DNA of 64,000 nucleotides from Chiloscyllium plagiosum. Lineage: Eukaryota. The number at the start of each line of letters is the position of its first letter. Position 1 is the first letter of the stretch. The stretch is from assembly GCF_004010195.1 (NCBI RefSeq), contig NC_057719.1, positions 25,258,809 to 25,322,808 on the forward strand, read 5' to 3'. The position numbers and the translations under genes are program-made. Below the pieces are notes generated by a model that was not told where the DNA came from, did not search any database, and saw nothing but the letters and a program-made list of their open reading frames with translations. Below are positions 24,969-38,449 of this stretch, in pieces.

Positions 24969-27039
24969 CTACAAAAGTATAAGCTTCTTCATGTGCACGA
25001 ATGTTCCCAGAGTTTATCGACATTAGAACACTTGTACAATAACAGGTCCAGGATTAGTTGGTAACAGTTAGCTGTTCTTTCTCTGTGCAGTTGTGCCAGT
25101 GAAGAGTAAGGCAGACACACTGAATTTGTCCAGAGTTTCTTTGTTAGTATTGTCAAATGTTAGCATCTGAGGAAAGTTTGCAAACATTCATTTATAGTGA
25201 CTGCAGAGGTAAAGATTTTTTTTTAAAAAAAGACTAGTATTCATGGAGTGTCCTATGCATCTAAGCAATGTCTCAAAGGACCACAGAGTATTAAATTAAT
25301 TTTCAAGTGCAGTAATTGTTATCAGTTTTCAGAAGCAAAAGAGATGAATGTATAGTTATTCTGGTTTAACTTTAACATTGTTAGTTCATAAAGGAAACGT
25401 GCAATTGAAGTTTAATTTCAAGCAGACATACAGAGATTTATAACCCAACTATTCATTCAACAACTTACCTTGAAGATGACAGGTTAGAAGATGCAGTACT
25501 ACCCAAAAGTATTGGTCAAGGTTATGCATTTAATTTCTGGTATGGAGTTGAAAGCCTAAAGTTGTGATTTAGGGAAGACTTTGAAAACTGAGATAAACAG
25601 CGGATAAATCCTCGGGTTGTGGTTATGAAAACTTTGAGGAAAAGCGTAAGTCAACTGTTCTTGGATCTGTCCTCAGAGTTTGTCTGTTAATTAGAATCAA
25701 TATAATTGCAAACAGAAGATTTGTTTAAGAAATAGGTGGATCTGATATAGTCTATTCTAACTGTCTGTCACAGTCAGCATTGCACCCAAATTGTACAGTT
25801 TACAGAAAGGTTGAGATCACTCCTACATTACAGTGAATACTTCCTAAGTATCAGTCTATCATAAGAGCAGGCATTTTCTGTAGAATACTCAAATTCCTAC
25901 TCTTGCGCTTTTAAGACCGATCACTATCTGAATACTGCAATACTTTACAAAAATCAGAGGCACTAATTCTTAACAGAATCTACATATGATTCCTCTGATC
26001 TTCCAAATTAGTCATGAAAAGCTTAGAGCTTCTAAACCAGCGATAAGCGACAATGAGGTGTAAAAATCTAAACAAACCAATTAGCACCCAAACAGGTTTT
26101 CCCTGCAGCTTAGAGTGTGTGCCAGTGGGCTTTAAGTTGCTTATTAAAATCATCTCTGACTGAAATTGCTCCCCTAAGCAGTATGTCACTTGGCCAAATC
26201 ATTTTGTATTCAACTGCGTCTTGTTGCACTCTGACATTCTCCCATAGAATGGTGGGGTAGCTGTAAATCAGTTTCCCCTTTAAGAACCTCATTTCCTTGG
26301 AGCCCAGCTCTGAAAGCCCTAGCCTCTGTTTTCATTGGCTTGTCTCTTACAGTGGTGGGGGGGAGGGGGGAGTGTGCTTTGAAACTTGGGATTCTTTTGT
26401 GGAAATATTTCTTCTCAAAATGCTGCTAATTCTGTTGTTATGGTAGTGAGATCTAGGATATTGTGCTTTAAAGCTGGCCAACAAACACACCGATTATCTC
26501 CAGTTAGTTGGACGAGCTCCACCTCAGATCTATAAATAGTTCCTGTGACAGCCCCTCAAGCCAGATGAAAAGTCAGAGAGGATTTGTTCTGCAGCTTCAC
26601 TTGATTGCTTTGCTGTTCAGGCGGGCTTAGCGCTCCAACTATTCTGGAAACTTCTAAATCTTCTGAACAGTTAGCTAAAAGATATTGAAACAGACTTGGA
26701 GGAGCCACTCTTGTGGAGGAAGCTTTGTCTGATTGGAGCTTGGATGTTTGATTTGCAGAACCTCCAAATATGGTCTTGTTTAGAAGGTTATCAGAGAATG
26801 TACAAACATGTGCTGCCTCAAGGCTGAAAACCCAATAACACACTATGCTGAGACAACACTCGGTTTTAATCAGGAGGGATGCAGAGTGTGCTGAGTTAGT
26901 GTCGGCCCTGATTGATTTGTGAACCACCCACCTTCAATAAGCTGGAACCAGGCTACTATCGGGGCACCTTCATTCACTGTGTATTGTTGTGGTGAATAAC
27001 AATAGAGGACACTTGCATGAAGAGCAAAAACATATGTAA

Positions 27040-28100
27040 ATGCCATGCTTTAAAATGTCCCACAGGGCTATTATAAAATACAATATGATATTGAGCCAAA
27101 TAAGTCAGGTGATCAAAAGTTTATCAAAGAGGTAAGGAGTGTCTGAAATGGAAGAAAATGAGGGGCAGAGCTGCAGGGAGGAAATCTCCGATTAGGGCCT
27201 ACGTATTGGAAGACCCAACCATCGATGGTGGAGTGATTTAGAATTTCGTAGTATGGGAAAAGGCCCTTCAAGTCCAGGGCTCAGATGCTAATAAAGCCAG
27301 TATTACACCAGAAACGGAAATTGCTGGAGAAACTCAAATGGTCTGGTAGTATCTGTGGAGAGAGAAAGTGTCAACATTTCTGGCCCAGTGACCCTTCTTC
27401 AGAACTGTTTTTGTTTCAGATTTCCAGCAACTACCATTCTTTTGGTTTCACAATTAGATCAGCTTAATTTCAAACTATTCCCAGGGAGAAGAATGAAGTT
27501 GGTGGCAAGGAATAGAATTTAGAGCAATGTTCAAAACTACTGATTGCTAACTTCCCAATATTTCATTCAAGGATATTCCTAACCATTCAGCACTCAACAC
27601 TGGGGGGGAGAGAGAGATAACGGCGAGGTAGATCTTCAGGTTATCAGTGTATAAGCAAACATTATCACTTTCAAATGATGTCATTGAGAAACAGAATGTG
27701 TCTCAATGGAAATAAGAGGTGTTCCAAGGATTGGTCCTTGGGTACACCAGAGATTATGGAAAAAATGCAGGAGGAGAAACCAGTGCAAGTGATTCTCAGG
27801 TGTATTTAAATGGAGAAGGATTAAAGCATGGAAGAGCAGTCCCACTCAGCTGGATGACAAATAGAGGCAGGTTGAAAGGGGATGATGTGGTCAACCATGT
27901 CAAAAGCTGTCAACTGGTCTGAAAGCTGAGAAGGGACAGCTTTTCATTGTCATAGTGAGATAAGATGTGATTTGTGGCTTTAGAAAAGAGACATTTTAGT
28001 ACGGTGCTGAGGTAATTATCGAATTAGAGGGATTGAAATGTGGGAGCTGCATGAAAGATGGTCACAGATTTGGGAGGTGATCGCACATTCAAGGACCTTC
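27040..28100 (-). mobile_element. Old L2-like LINE fragment
   Basis: Degenerate L2-type 3' end (GGTGATCAAAAGTTTATCAAAGAGG..., complement of the 43700-43925 type end) and RT-region remnants. Confidence 0.5.
27305..27450. mobile_element. Penelope-like family A element with near-intact hammerhead motif on the minus strand (27370-27406)
   Basis: Minus strand GUU-CUGAAGA-A-GGGUC-ACUG-GGCCA-GAA-AUGU-U-GAC. Confidence 0.68.
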
Positions 28101-29814
28101 AAGGGGAACCTTTATAACACCTTTCATGATCTTGGGCCTTCCCTAGTGGCAACCAGTCAATGAAATATGTTTTTGAAATGTAGTCTTTGTTGTAATGTAC
28201 AGCGATGACTAAGAGGAGAGAGAACTTGTGAAAATTTTGTAGAGGTCACTGCCTTACCTTTATTAGGCAACTTGAAGTTGATTCCCAGGACCTGGCCTGA
28301 ACTTGCCTTTGGCTTACATTGCCCAGATATTCTTTGGGGATGGCAGAAAAGCAACAGCAATCTTCCAGAGGTCAAAAGGTTATCAAAAACAGGTTGAAAA
28401 ATAGTCAAGGCAGAATCCAACACATTGCATGGAGACGTAGTTGAGACAGGGAAGTGGGTGGCCCTGGGCATTATCATCTCAATCTCAGTTTTTCAGATGC
28501 CTCGTCCATATGCCTTGACATTTTTTAAAGATTATTTCACTGTTGACAATGATTTGTTTCTATTAATAATGTTTCTAAGACTCCAACTTCAGCCTCACTG
28601 TACTGTGTCCTCGAACTGGAAAATCCACCTTGACCCCTCTGGGAAATTCACTAGCCCACACATTTCATATCCTTTGACAGAATTATTGCTGCTTGTCTTG
28701 ACCAGCACAAACTGAGAGGGATGAATTGTTGCTGTTGTGTTTCCAGCAGTCCTGCTGAATATAGCCATTCATGCTTTCTGCATTCCTCAACTTGTGGGAG
28801 GGAACACGCTGTTATAAAAAGCAAATAGTAAAAATGAGCGATGCACTGTTTGGGCATTGTCTTGGAAAATGTGTGGGCCCTACATTCAGAAGTAGAATCT
28901 GAGTTTCACCCCTCAGCAGCTCATGAGTGAAATGGAGGGGATACTGACGAGAGGATTTGAACGTTCAGGGTTGTTCAAAGTTTCGAAGGAGTGGCAGGGG
29001 GAATGATGAGAGGAAAGAGAGGGTCATTTCTAATTAACCCTATCAGTCACATCATACTGTGTTGCCCCTTTTCCTGAGCTGCATCAAACGTTGAAATAAA
29101 TAAGCTACAGAATGGAAGACTGGAACACGCAAATAATGACTGAAGTAATAGGTGTGGAGAAGGAGAGGGACTGAGTGGGATTGGGGGTCAGTGGAAGGAG
29201 GAGAGGGAGAGAATGAGAAAGGTGCTGAAGAAATGGGAGGGAATACTGTACACCATGAAGAAAAACTGGACGCTTTAACTAAGCAAGTCTCCTGTGTAAT
29301 TATTCTTGCAATGTTTGTTTTTGATTATAAAAATGCACTGTGGCTCCTTTTTTTTTGTTGAAGTTGAGATTTGACCTGTTAAAGTTTTTTTTACTGGTAG
29401 CTGTTGCATTGTGCACCACATTAAAGCAGATTTGTGCACGTTGCTTTTATCTAGTTTTAGATCCACAAAACTACTTCAGTTTTGTTCTTTTAGTTTCCTA
29501 GTTAATTTTAATGTTTCCATCTTTATGCACAGTTTTATTTTGGTTGCAGAGATTTGCTATGATGGTCATTAATACTTGGTTTAATGCACTCTCTCCCTAA
29601 AAACAACATCCATGATGATGATGTCAGTCACAGTGATGTGAGAACGACTAAGGGCAACTATTTCAACCCTACATGTGTTTGTTACAGACAAGGGATCAAG
29701 GGAAGCCCCACAGCAAGTTACCTATATTCCCTCTGCAAGGATAGTATGTCACATGAAGCTTTGGGTGGAAAAATGCTGCTATTCAGTAAGATTGTCCTGT
29801 AATTTTAAAAAAAA

Positions 29815-30085
29815 GTATTATTCTACGGCTGTGAACATCACCAGCAAGGCCAGTATTCCTTGCTCATCCTGGATTACCTCTCAAGACAGCAGCTAATGTG
29901 GTGTAGCTATATCCACAGCACTGTTTGGGAAAGAGTTCGGATGTTCGACTCAGTGCCAGAGAGATAACAATGATAAATGTGTATGTCAGCACGGTGTGTG
30001 ACTTGAAGGGAACTTGGATGTGATGCTATTTCTCTGCACCTGTTTATCCTTGACCTGCTAGGTGATGGCGATCACAAATTTGGAA
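29815..30085 (-). mobile_element. LINE 3' fragment (partner LINE of SINE family 2)
   Basis: Diverged match to 51213-51510 (GTGACTTGAAGGGAACTTG..., CCAGCAAGGCCAGTATT). Confidence 0.55.
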
Positions 30086-30257
30086 ATACCATTGTGCTAT
30101 AAAGGAATATTCAATCATCTTGTGAATAACTCATAGCGTGTTTTTTGTCAACTGAATTCTTTCTTTTTTCCTAAAGCTTCAGATATTCTACTGAATGCTA
30201 GTGCATGTGGCCCAATTAGTAGCAAAGTCTGAAAAAATATGGAAACCCCAAATATTA

Positions 30258-30358
30258 CATTCAAAAACAAAAATTGCTGGAGTAACTCGGGTCTGGTCGT
30301 GTCAGTGGAGGGAAGACAGCGTTAACATTTTGAGTCGTGTGACCCTTCTTCAAAACTG
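30258..30358 (-). mobile_element. Penelope-like family A single arm
   Basis: TTGCTGGAGTAACTC...GTTAACATTTTGAGTCGTGTGACCCTTCTTCAAAAC, with a decayed hammerhead core. Confidence 0.6.
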
Positions 30359-30399
30359 TTCTATTCCCTTTCCCCATACAATTGCACATTATTTCTAAT

Positions 30400-33300
30400 A
30401 AAATAATCATCTAATTCCCCTTGGAATGCCTCAATTGAACTTCCCTCCTGGCAGGACATTTCAGACCTGCACCACTCATTGTGTGAAAATTCTTTTCTCA
30501 CATTACGTTTCCAACATTTACAAATTATTGTAAATCAGTGCTGTCTTGTTCTTGATTCTTTTATAAATGGGAACTGTTTCTTTCTATCTGCTCTATCCAT
30601 ACCTCTTGTGAATTTGAAAACTTCTATTAGGTCTCCTCTTAGCCTTTGCCTCTCAAAGCAAAACAGTCTCAACTTCTCCAACCTCACACTCAAAGTTTCT
30701 GATAGAGTCATAGAGATGTACAGCATGGAAACAGACCCTTCAGTCCAACCCGTCCATGCCGACCAGATATCCCAACCCAATCTAGTCCCACCTGCCAGCA
30801 CCCGGCCCATATCCCTCCAAACCNNNNNNNNNNNNNNNNNNNNNNNNNNNNNNNNNNNNNNNNTGAAAAAGTTGCCCCTTAGGTCTCTTTTATATCTTTC
30901 CCCTCTCACCCTAAACCTATTCTCTCTAGTTCTGGACTGCCTGATCCCAGGGAAAAGACTTTGTCTGTTTATCCTATTCGTGCCCCTCATAACTTTGTAA
31001 ACCTCTATAAGGTCACCCCTCAGCCGCCGACTCTCCAGGGAAAACAGCTCCAGCCTGTTCAGCCTCTCCCTGTAGCTCAAATCCTCCAACCCTGGCAGCA
31101 TCCTTGTAAATCTTTTCTGAACCCTTTCAAGTTTCACAACATCTTTCTGATAGGAAGGAGACCAGAATTGCACGCAATATTCCAACAGTAGCCTAACCAA
31201 TGTCCTGTAAAGCCGCAATATGACCTCCCAACTCCTGGACTCAATACTCTGACCAATAAAAGAAAGCATACCAAACATCTTCCTCACGATCCTATCTACC
31301 TCCGACTCCACTTTCAAGAAGCTATGAATCTGCACTCCAAGGTCACTTTGTTCAGCAACACTCCTTAGGACCTTACCATTAAGTGAGTAAGTCCTGCTAA
31401 GATTTGCTTTCCCAAAATGCAGCACCTCACATTTATCTGAATTACACTCCATTTGCCACTTCTCAGCCCATTGGCCCATCTGATCAACATCTCTCCTGCA
31501 CTATCTCCATTGCATTCACATACTTCCTATGGTGTGGCACCCAGAATGATACACAGTAGACTAGCTGAGGTCTAATAAGTGTCTTGTGTAAATTAAGCAA
31601 TACTTCCTTGCTCTGTGCCCCTATTAATAAACACAGGATACCGTGCACCTTATTAACTGCTCTCTCCCTCTATCCTTTAACATTTAGTGATCTGTGCACA
31701 AATACAACCAAATCCCTCTGCACATTCTTAATTATAGAACATAGAAACATAGAAGAATACAGCGCAGTACAGGCCCTTCGGCCCTCAATGTTGCACCGAT
31801 CCAAGCCCACCTAACCTACACTAGCCCACTATCCTCCATATGCCTATCCAATGCCCGTTTAAATGCCCATAATGAGGGAGAGTCCACCACTGCTACTGGC
31901 AGGGCATTCCATGAACTCACGACTCGCTGAGTAAAGAACCTACCCCTAACATCTTTCCTCATCCGATCTTCCTTCCATACCAGGCAACATCCTGGTAAAC
32001 CTCCTCTGCACCCGTTCCAGTGCCTCCACCTCCTTCCTATAGTATGGCGACCAAAACTGCACACAATATTCCAGATGCTGCCGTACCAGAGTCTTATACA
32101 ACTGCATCATGACCTCAGGACTCCGGAACTCAATTCCTCTACCAATAAAAGCCAGTACGCCATATGCCTTCCTCACCGCACTATTTACCTGGGTGGCAAC
32201 TTTCAGAGATCTGTGTACATGGACACCAAGATCCCTCTGCTCATCCACACTACCAAGTATCCGACCATTAGCCCAGTACCCCATCTTTTTGTTATTCTTC
32301 CCAAAGTGAATCACCTCACACTTAGCTACATTGAATTCCATTTGCCACCTTTCTGCCCAGCTCTGCAGCTTTTCTATATCCTGCTGTAACCTGCCACATG
32401 CTTCCTCACTGTCAACAACTCCTCCGGCTTTCGTATCATCCGCAAACTTGCTCACCTAACCTTCTAACCCCTCTTCCAGGTCATTTATAAAAATGACAAA
32501 CGGCAATGGTCCCAAAACAGATCCTTGCGGAACACCGCTAGTGATGGCACTCCAAGATGAACATTTGCCATCAACTACTACCCTCTGTCTTCTTCCAGCC
32601 AGCCAACTCCTAATCCAAACCTCCAACTCACCCTCAATGCCATACCTCCGTATTGTACCTTGTATTTTATATTGTCTTTAATCCTACCAAAATGCATCAC
32701 CTCATATTATTATGCATTGAACTGCATTTGCCACCTAACCACTAACTTCACAAACTTGTCAATGGCTTTTTGGGAGTTCTACACTGTCTTTCTCACAGTT
32801 TACAATTCTTCCAAACATTACATCTTCCACAAACTGTCCCATGAACACGAAGATCTAGATTGTTAACACAAATTGGGAAAACCAAGGATCCCAATACCAA
32901 CTCTGGGGAAGTCCGATAAGTCTTCCTTCAGTCTAAAAAAAAATCCATTAATCACTATTCTGTTTCAAATTACTTGGCCAACTTTGAATTGACATTGTTA
33001 CTGTTCTTTTTTTTTTATTATTACATGAGCTGTAACATTTCTCTGAAGTTTGTTGTGTGGCCTTATGAAAGTGCATGTGTACACAGAGCAACATTACCCG
33101 AATCAATCCTTTCTGTTTTTCATCAGCAAGTTACCCCTTTATAAATCCATGCTGGCAAGTCCTAATCCACCTGTCTTTTCATTGTGACTACTAATTCTAT
33201 TCTGAATAATTGTTTCCAGAAGGATCCCTGCCAGTGAGGTTCAACCGACTGCTTATCAAGAAACTATCTAACTCAACCCTAAAATTATTCAAAGACTCTG

Positions 33301-35350
33301 CTTCCACTATCTTTTATGGAAAAGCATTCCAAACACTCATGAACTCTGTAAGAGAATCTTTCTCCTCATGTCTGTATTAAAGGAGTAACCCCAGTTATCT
33401 CTAGTTTTTGATTCTCCAACAAGATGAATCATCCTTTCTGAGGGCACCCATTCAAGACTTTTCTGGATCTTGTGTATTTCAATCAACTTATGTCTTGCTC
33501 TTCTAAACTCCAGGGGATATTGCTAGCCTGTCCAATCTTTCTTCAGTGAACAACCCACCCATTCCAGGTATTAGTCCAGGAAATCTTCTCTGAACTGCTT
33601 CCAATACATTTACATTCTTAAATAAGAATGTGTATATTATTCCAAATGTGGTCTCTGTCTAACTGAAGATTATCCTCCCTACAATGACATTCAATTAACT
33701 TTCTTAATTACTGTACCTTCATACTTGCCTTTGACAATTCTTATACTGGGGCACCCAGATCCCTCTGCAGTCTCTTACCTTTTTTTTATTCTTCAAAATG
33801 TGCAATTTTCTCACATCATACTCCATTTGCTTGATCTTTGTCCATTGATTGAACCTATTCAATATCCCTTTGTGGTCTCCACATGTCCTTTTCATGATTC
33901 ATTTTTCCATCCAAATTTCTGTCAACAGCAATTTAATAACCCGACCTTTCCTCTCTTTTATCTTAGTCTTTTATGTACATTGTAAAAGGCTGAGGTCCCA
34001 ACACTGATTCCTGTAGCATACGAGTCATTACATCTTGCCAGCTGGAACATAACCCTTTTAAGTGTACTGTTTATTGTTGGATAGTCCATCTTTGATTCAC
34101 ACCAGTGTGTTATGTCCTACATCATGAGCTCTTATTTCTTGCAATGAACTTCAATGTAGAACCTTATCAAATACCTTCTGAAAATCTAAATGCAGTACAT
34201 CTACTGATTTCCCCTTATTGATGACTCATGCTAATTCTACAGAGAACTTCATTACGTTAGTTAAACATGATTTCTCTTTCACAAAAGCACATGGACTCTG
34301 CTTGATTGCCTTGAACATATCCAACTGCCCAGTTTTAGCTTCTTTAAGAACATCTTTCCTGTGACAGTTGTTAAGCTAACTATCCTACAGTTTCTTGCTT
34401 CCTCTCTCCTTCCCCTTCTGAATACGTTGTTCCATTTTCTAATCTCCAATCTAATGGAACCTTTTCTTAATTAATCTAATTTTGAAACTTTAGAACCGGT
34501 GCATCAATTATCTCACGAGCCACCTCTCTTCAGACCCAGAATGTATCTGTCAGGACCTGTGGATTTGTCAGCCCACATATTTAATATTTTGCTCAGTACC
34601 ATGCCCCTGGTGATTGTGATTTTCTTGAGCTCCTCCCTTCCTTCTATTTCCTGATTTTTTTTTTTAAGGATGTTACTCATATCATCTGTATGGAAAATCA
34701 ATGCAATATGTCTGTTCAATTCATCTACCATCTCCTTATTTTCAATTATTAATTTCCCTTGCTTTCTAAGGGCCAACACTTGCTTTATTAAATCTCTTCA
34801 TTTTTAGCAATCTATAGAAAGCCCCACTTTTTGCTTTTATATTTTTAGCTAGCTTTCTCTCTCAGTATAATTTTCCCTCCTTATTAGTTTATTGGTTATT
34901 CTTTGCTGCTTTTTTAAATGTTCTGTCCAATTTTTTGACCTGACACCTATCTTTGCATTTTCTTTAACTTCTTAAGATGTTGGGTTGTCCCCTTAGAATT
35001 TTTCTTTCTCATTGGAATGTTTCTATTTTGTGTAGTCTGAAAAATCTCCTTGCCTGTCAGTATCTCTGACCTATCCCTATATGCAATTTTCCAATTCACT
35101 TCAACCAGCTTTGTTTTCATGTCTTCAGAACTGCCTCAATTTAAATTTGAAATAATAGTCTTGGACCCACTCTTTGAATCTTACAATTAGTTTGCGAATG
35201 AATTGTATTACAGGCTATTACTTAGGACATCATTACTCTGAGGTTATTAATCCCAACCCATTGCACAATACCAGGTCTAATATAACCTAATCTCTGGTCA
35301 ACTCGAGAACATGCTTTTCTGAGAAACTATCCTAAAAATATGCAATGAAT
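30400..35350 (-). mobile_element. Stack of nested CR1-like LINE fragments (at least four), including young inserts at about 30702-31488 and 31733-32650
   Basis: Repeated ORF2 C-terminal motifs (FADDTK, YCVQFWSP, LERVQ.RFTRMLPG) and several independent 3' tails, all on the minus strand. Confidence 0.85.
30824..30863. other. Assembly gap (40 N)
   Basis: Run of N inside a young CR1 copy. Confidence 1.
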
Positions 35351-35466
35351 TACTTTGCTACTTTTGCACGTCTGTTTTTTTCAAGTCTCTATGATTATCA
35401 GTATACCTTTCTGATGAACTCCCATTATTTCTTCTTTTATAATTCAGTTTTTATATTAGTCGCATT

Positions 35467-35645
35467 TGGAATTACTCCACAGAGGCTGGTATTCTGTCAG
35501 AAAACTACTGTTTATTTAGACGCAGAGAGTCCTTGGCACTGATGCAGCTTACTCCGAGCCAGCTCTGAGTGAACAGAACCTCTGACACTTTTGTTTATAC
35601 CTGTCAACCAGGTCTCCTTGATTGGGGCTATTAATCTGGTCCACG
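35467..35645 (-). mobile_element. Solo LTR fragment, same family as 20754-21994
   Basis: TGGAATTACTCCACAGAGGCTGGTAT...GCTCTGAGTGAACAGAACCTCTGACACT...GATTGGGGCTATTAATCTGGTCCA. Confidence 0.7.
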
Positions 35646-37430
35646 ACCACCCTCCCCTCCCCTCCCCTCCCCCCATTAGATGCTTGCTTCTGGGCAATTG
35701 ATTTTTGTTTTCATTTAGCACGCTATTTTAGAGGGAGCTATTGGGAGTGATAAATGAGAAATAGCTGCACAAAAGATGCGTCAGCAGGAGAGCCACATCA
35801 TCATGTAGGAAAGGTTACACTGTGGTTACAATTGGTTTCAGCAAAGCCACAATTCTGTCAAGTTTATTTTTATCCTGGTAAAGCAGGTCCAACCTGCCAG
35901 GCCCTACATATGCTGGCTTCTAACGATGAGGTTGCTTCAGGCAGTGAAGAATGCCCACAGGCAGGGAACTCTCAGAATATCATCAGATATTCTCTTCCTC
36001 AGATTAACTGTAGAAGGAAATGAATTGTCTTGGTTGTGCTGTGTAGGATGTCTGCAGGCAAGAAAGAACCTTGGAGAAAGGGTTTCAAATATGCTTCAAT
36101 CAATTAATCAAGTCCTTGTTACTTTTCATTTAGTAATTGATGAAAGGGATGACCATAAGTAAAACTCTGATAAGCCCACACATGTCTTAATGAGCTTCTT
36201 ACATCCCTGTGCTTGGTGTTTATGATTACGGCAAAATTTGATGTATTTTAGGCAAATCTGTGTTTTGCTGAGATTGTTACAATGTACCCTGATCACAACA
36301 AAGACATTGATTACCTTATAATTGGGAGGTACAGAGAGTAGAATAGAACTTGGTCATATTTCACATGGAAATTATTGTATTTTCTCTGTTTGTTTAAGCA
36401 GCAATCTTGACTGAATTCTTCAGATGTCCTGGTTTGTGTGATCTGTGAAACCCTGTCATGCTTGAGATAGGGAGCCCAGATGCTGTTCCAGCCTCCATCT
36501 GTAGAACTGCATTGTCGTAGTTTTCTGGATTGCTGTCCCTCTTCTGTCTCCAGTTCTCTCAACAGAATTCCTAGTCTCACACTACTCCCAGTTGGAGCCT
36601 GTCTAATGTTTTGGACAGTTGCCTGTTTTGGATTGGATATAACCTGCACAAGGATATTAATCAATGCGAACAAATAGCTTTGTAGAAATATGATCTTTCT
36701 TCTTGTATATAGTACAGTTAGGGCCTGCATATACATTTGACTTGGCACTTCTAGCAGAAATCCCTGTAAATTCCCTTACACCCTATGACTTTGACAACTT
36801 TACAAAAGGCAGATGTACGTTCTGCTTGTAACTCATGGTGCTGTCCCCAGATGGCACTAGATTTCCAGTCAATAATACACTGCAACAGCAAAGCCTCAGG
36901 CTGGGTAGACAAGAAGGGTTCCTTCAGGAACAAAAACTTCATAATTAAATAATTAACAGTGTTGGTCCTTTTTTGGTGAAGTGAGGCACTATTTCTGATT
37001 ATGGAGGGGGGGGATGGCATGTTGATAAATATTTCCAAATGTGGTCTGAATCTTAGCCCTTCTGTTCTCTGTGGGAGCTTACTATGTGGTAGTCTGATGT
37101 TTTCCGATATTTCGAAAGTGACTACCCCTCAAAGTTACTTCATGAGCTCTAGACCTGTACTGATGACATGAAAGGCAAGTTTGTTCTTTCCCAGTTATGG
37201 ACCATGACTTTTTAAAGAAAGTAAACCCAGACAATAGTTTAAAACCAAAAGTGTAAGATGCAGCAAATGTCGAATAGATGAGCTGCATCTAGGACTGATG
37301 CTCTGAAGATGGTAATTACTCAAAGTCTGAAGATTATAGAAAGGTATAAATACAGATTTGAGTTCTGAAGAAAAAAATAACTTTACAGAAGTAGGTAACC
37401 CTCTATGACGTAGACTGTTTGTTTCCACAG

Positions 37431-37596
37431 ATGGCAATAATTTTCAGTGAAGCTGGTTTGAAAGACATAAAGCCCCAGTGTGTCATCCAGAGTTTTATAA
37501 ACCACAACGCAGTGCTATACAAAGTCTTTGTTGTTGGAGAGTTCTACAGCGTGGTTGAACGGCCGTCACTGAAGAATTTCTCGAGAGGTGTTTCAG
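37431..37596 (+). CDS. ITPK1: ITPK1 coding exon (166 nt), MAIIFSEAGLKDIKPQCVIQSFINHNAVLYKVFVVGEFYSVVERPSLKNFSRGVS
   Basis: Acceptor tttgtttccacAG, donor GTTAGT at 37597. Contains ATP-grasp motifs QxFINH, LYKVFVVG and RPSLKN. Confidence 0.96.
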
Positions 37597-37611
37597 GTTA
37601 GTGGATAGACT

Positions 37612-37818
37612 GAACTAGCTAGAGAAACTCAGCAGGTCTGGCAGCGGCTGTGGGGAGAAAGCAGAGGCAATGTTTTGGGTCCAGTGGCCTCCCTGATCTA
37701 AAACGTTGTCGCTGCTCTCTGTCCACAGATACTGCCAGACCTGCTGTGTTTCTCCAGCTATTTCTGATTTTGTTTTAAGGTTTCCAGCATCCACAATCCT
37801 TTGGTTTTGTTTAGTGAC
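37612..37818. mobile_element. Penelope-like family A hairpin just downstream of an exon donor
   Basis: Arms GAGAAACTCAGCAGGTCTGGCAG and CTGCCAGACCTGCTGTGTTTCTC; flanks TGGATAGACT/TGGACAGACT. Confidence 0.75.
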
Positions 37819-38359
37819 TGGACAGACTTGATGACAAATAATTCCCTTTTCATCCAGTGCACCTCAAGTTGCTCATTAGTAATTTTTTTGAACTAATGTG
37901 GCCATCAAACCTTCAACCTTGTTTTAGAATGAATTTGGTAGCATCCTTCCCATGATGTCAAATATGGAATACTTCTTTCCACTTTTATACTACAGAAGGG
38001 CCACCTTACAAAGATACAGGAAAAAACTAAATTCACCCTTGCATTAGAAAATTTCAGGTTAAGGATCAGGAATGCCACATTCCTGTCCCAATCTCACTCC
38101 CTCCATATTGGAGGGCAGCATTGAGAATACTTTGTCCTGACTTCATACTCAATCCCACACTGAGAAATACCTTAAATGCTGAGCACGTCACTGGGGTTTG
38201 AGTTCAGTAGATCAGCTCAGTTCAAAAAAGAAAATATGTGAAGGGATTAGAATATATTATATACCCTCTCTGCTATGTTAAAAAATACTTGTGATGTACT
38301 GACCCCTTTGAAAAGTTTTGTGTAAATAGTAATTGTTATAAAATTTCTATTGCTTACAG

Positions 38360-38427
38360 ACAGAAAAACGATATTTTTCAACAGTCACAATGTCTCAAAA
38401 CCAGAATCCTCATCTGATTTAACTGCA
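38360..38427 (+). CDS. ITPK1: ITPK1 coding exon (68 nt), DRKTIFFNSHNVSKPESSSDLTA
   Basis: Acceptor ttgcttacAG, donor GTAAGT at 38428. FFNSHNVSKPESSS motif; frame consistent with neighbours. Confidence 0.95.
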
Positions 38428-38449
38428 GTAAGTACTAACCTTTGGTATG

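Noticed and set aside
30535..31479. 314-aa minus-strand ORF, the longest in the track
   Set aside because: A CR1 ORF2 C-terminal fragment read across a 40-N gap and into a second LINE. Comparison with other copies suggests the real gap is longer, so the ORF is artefactual and not a host gene.
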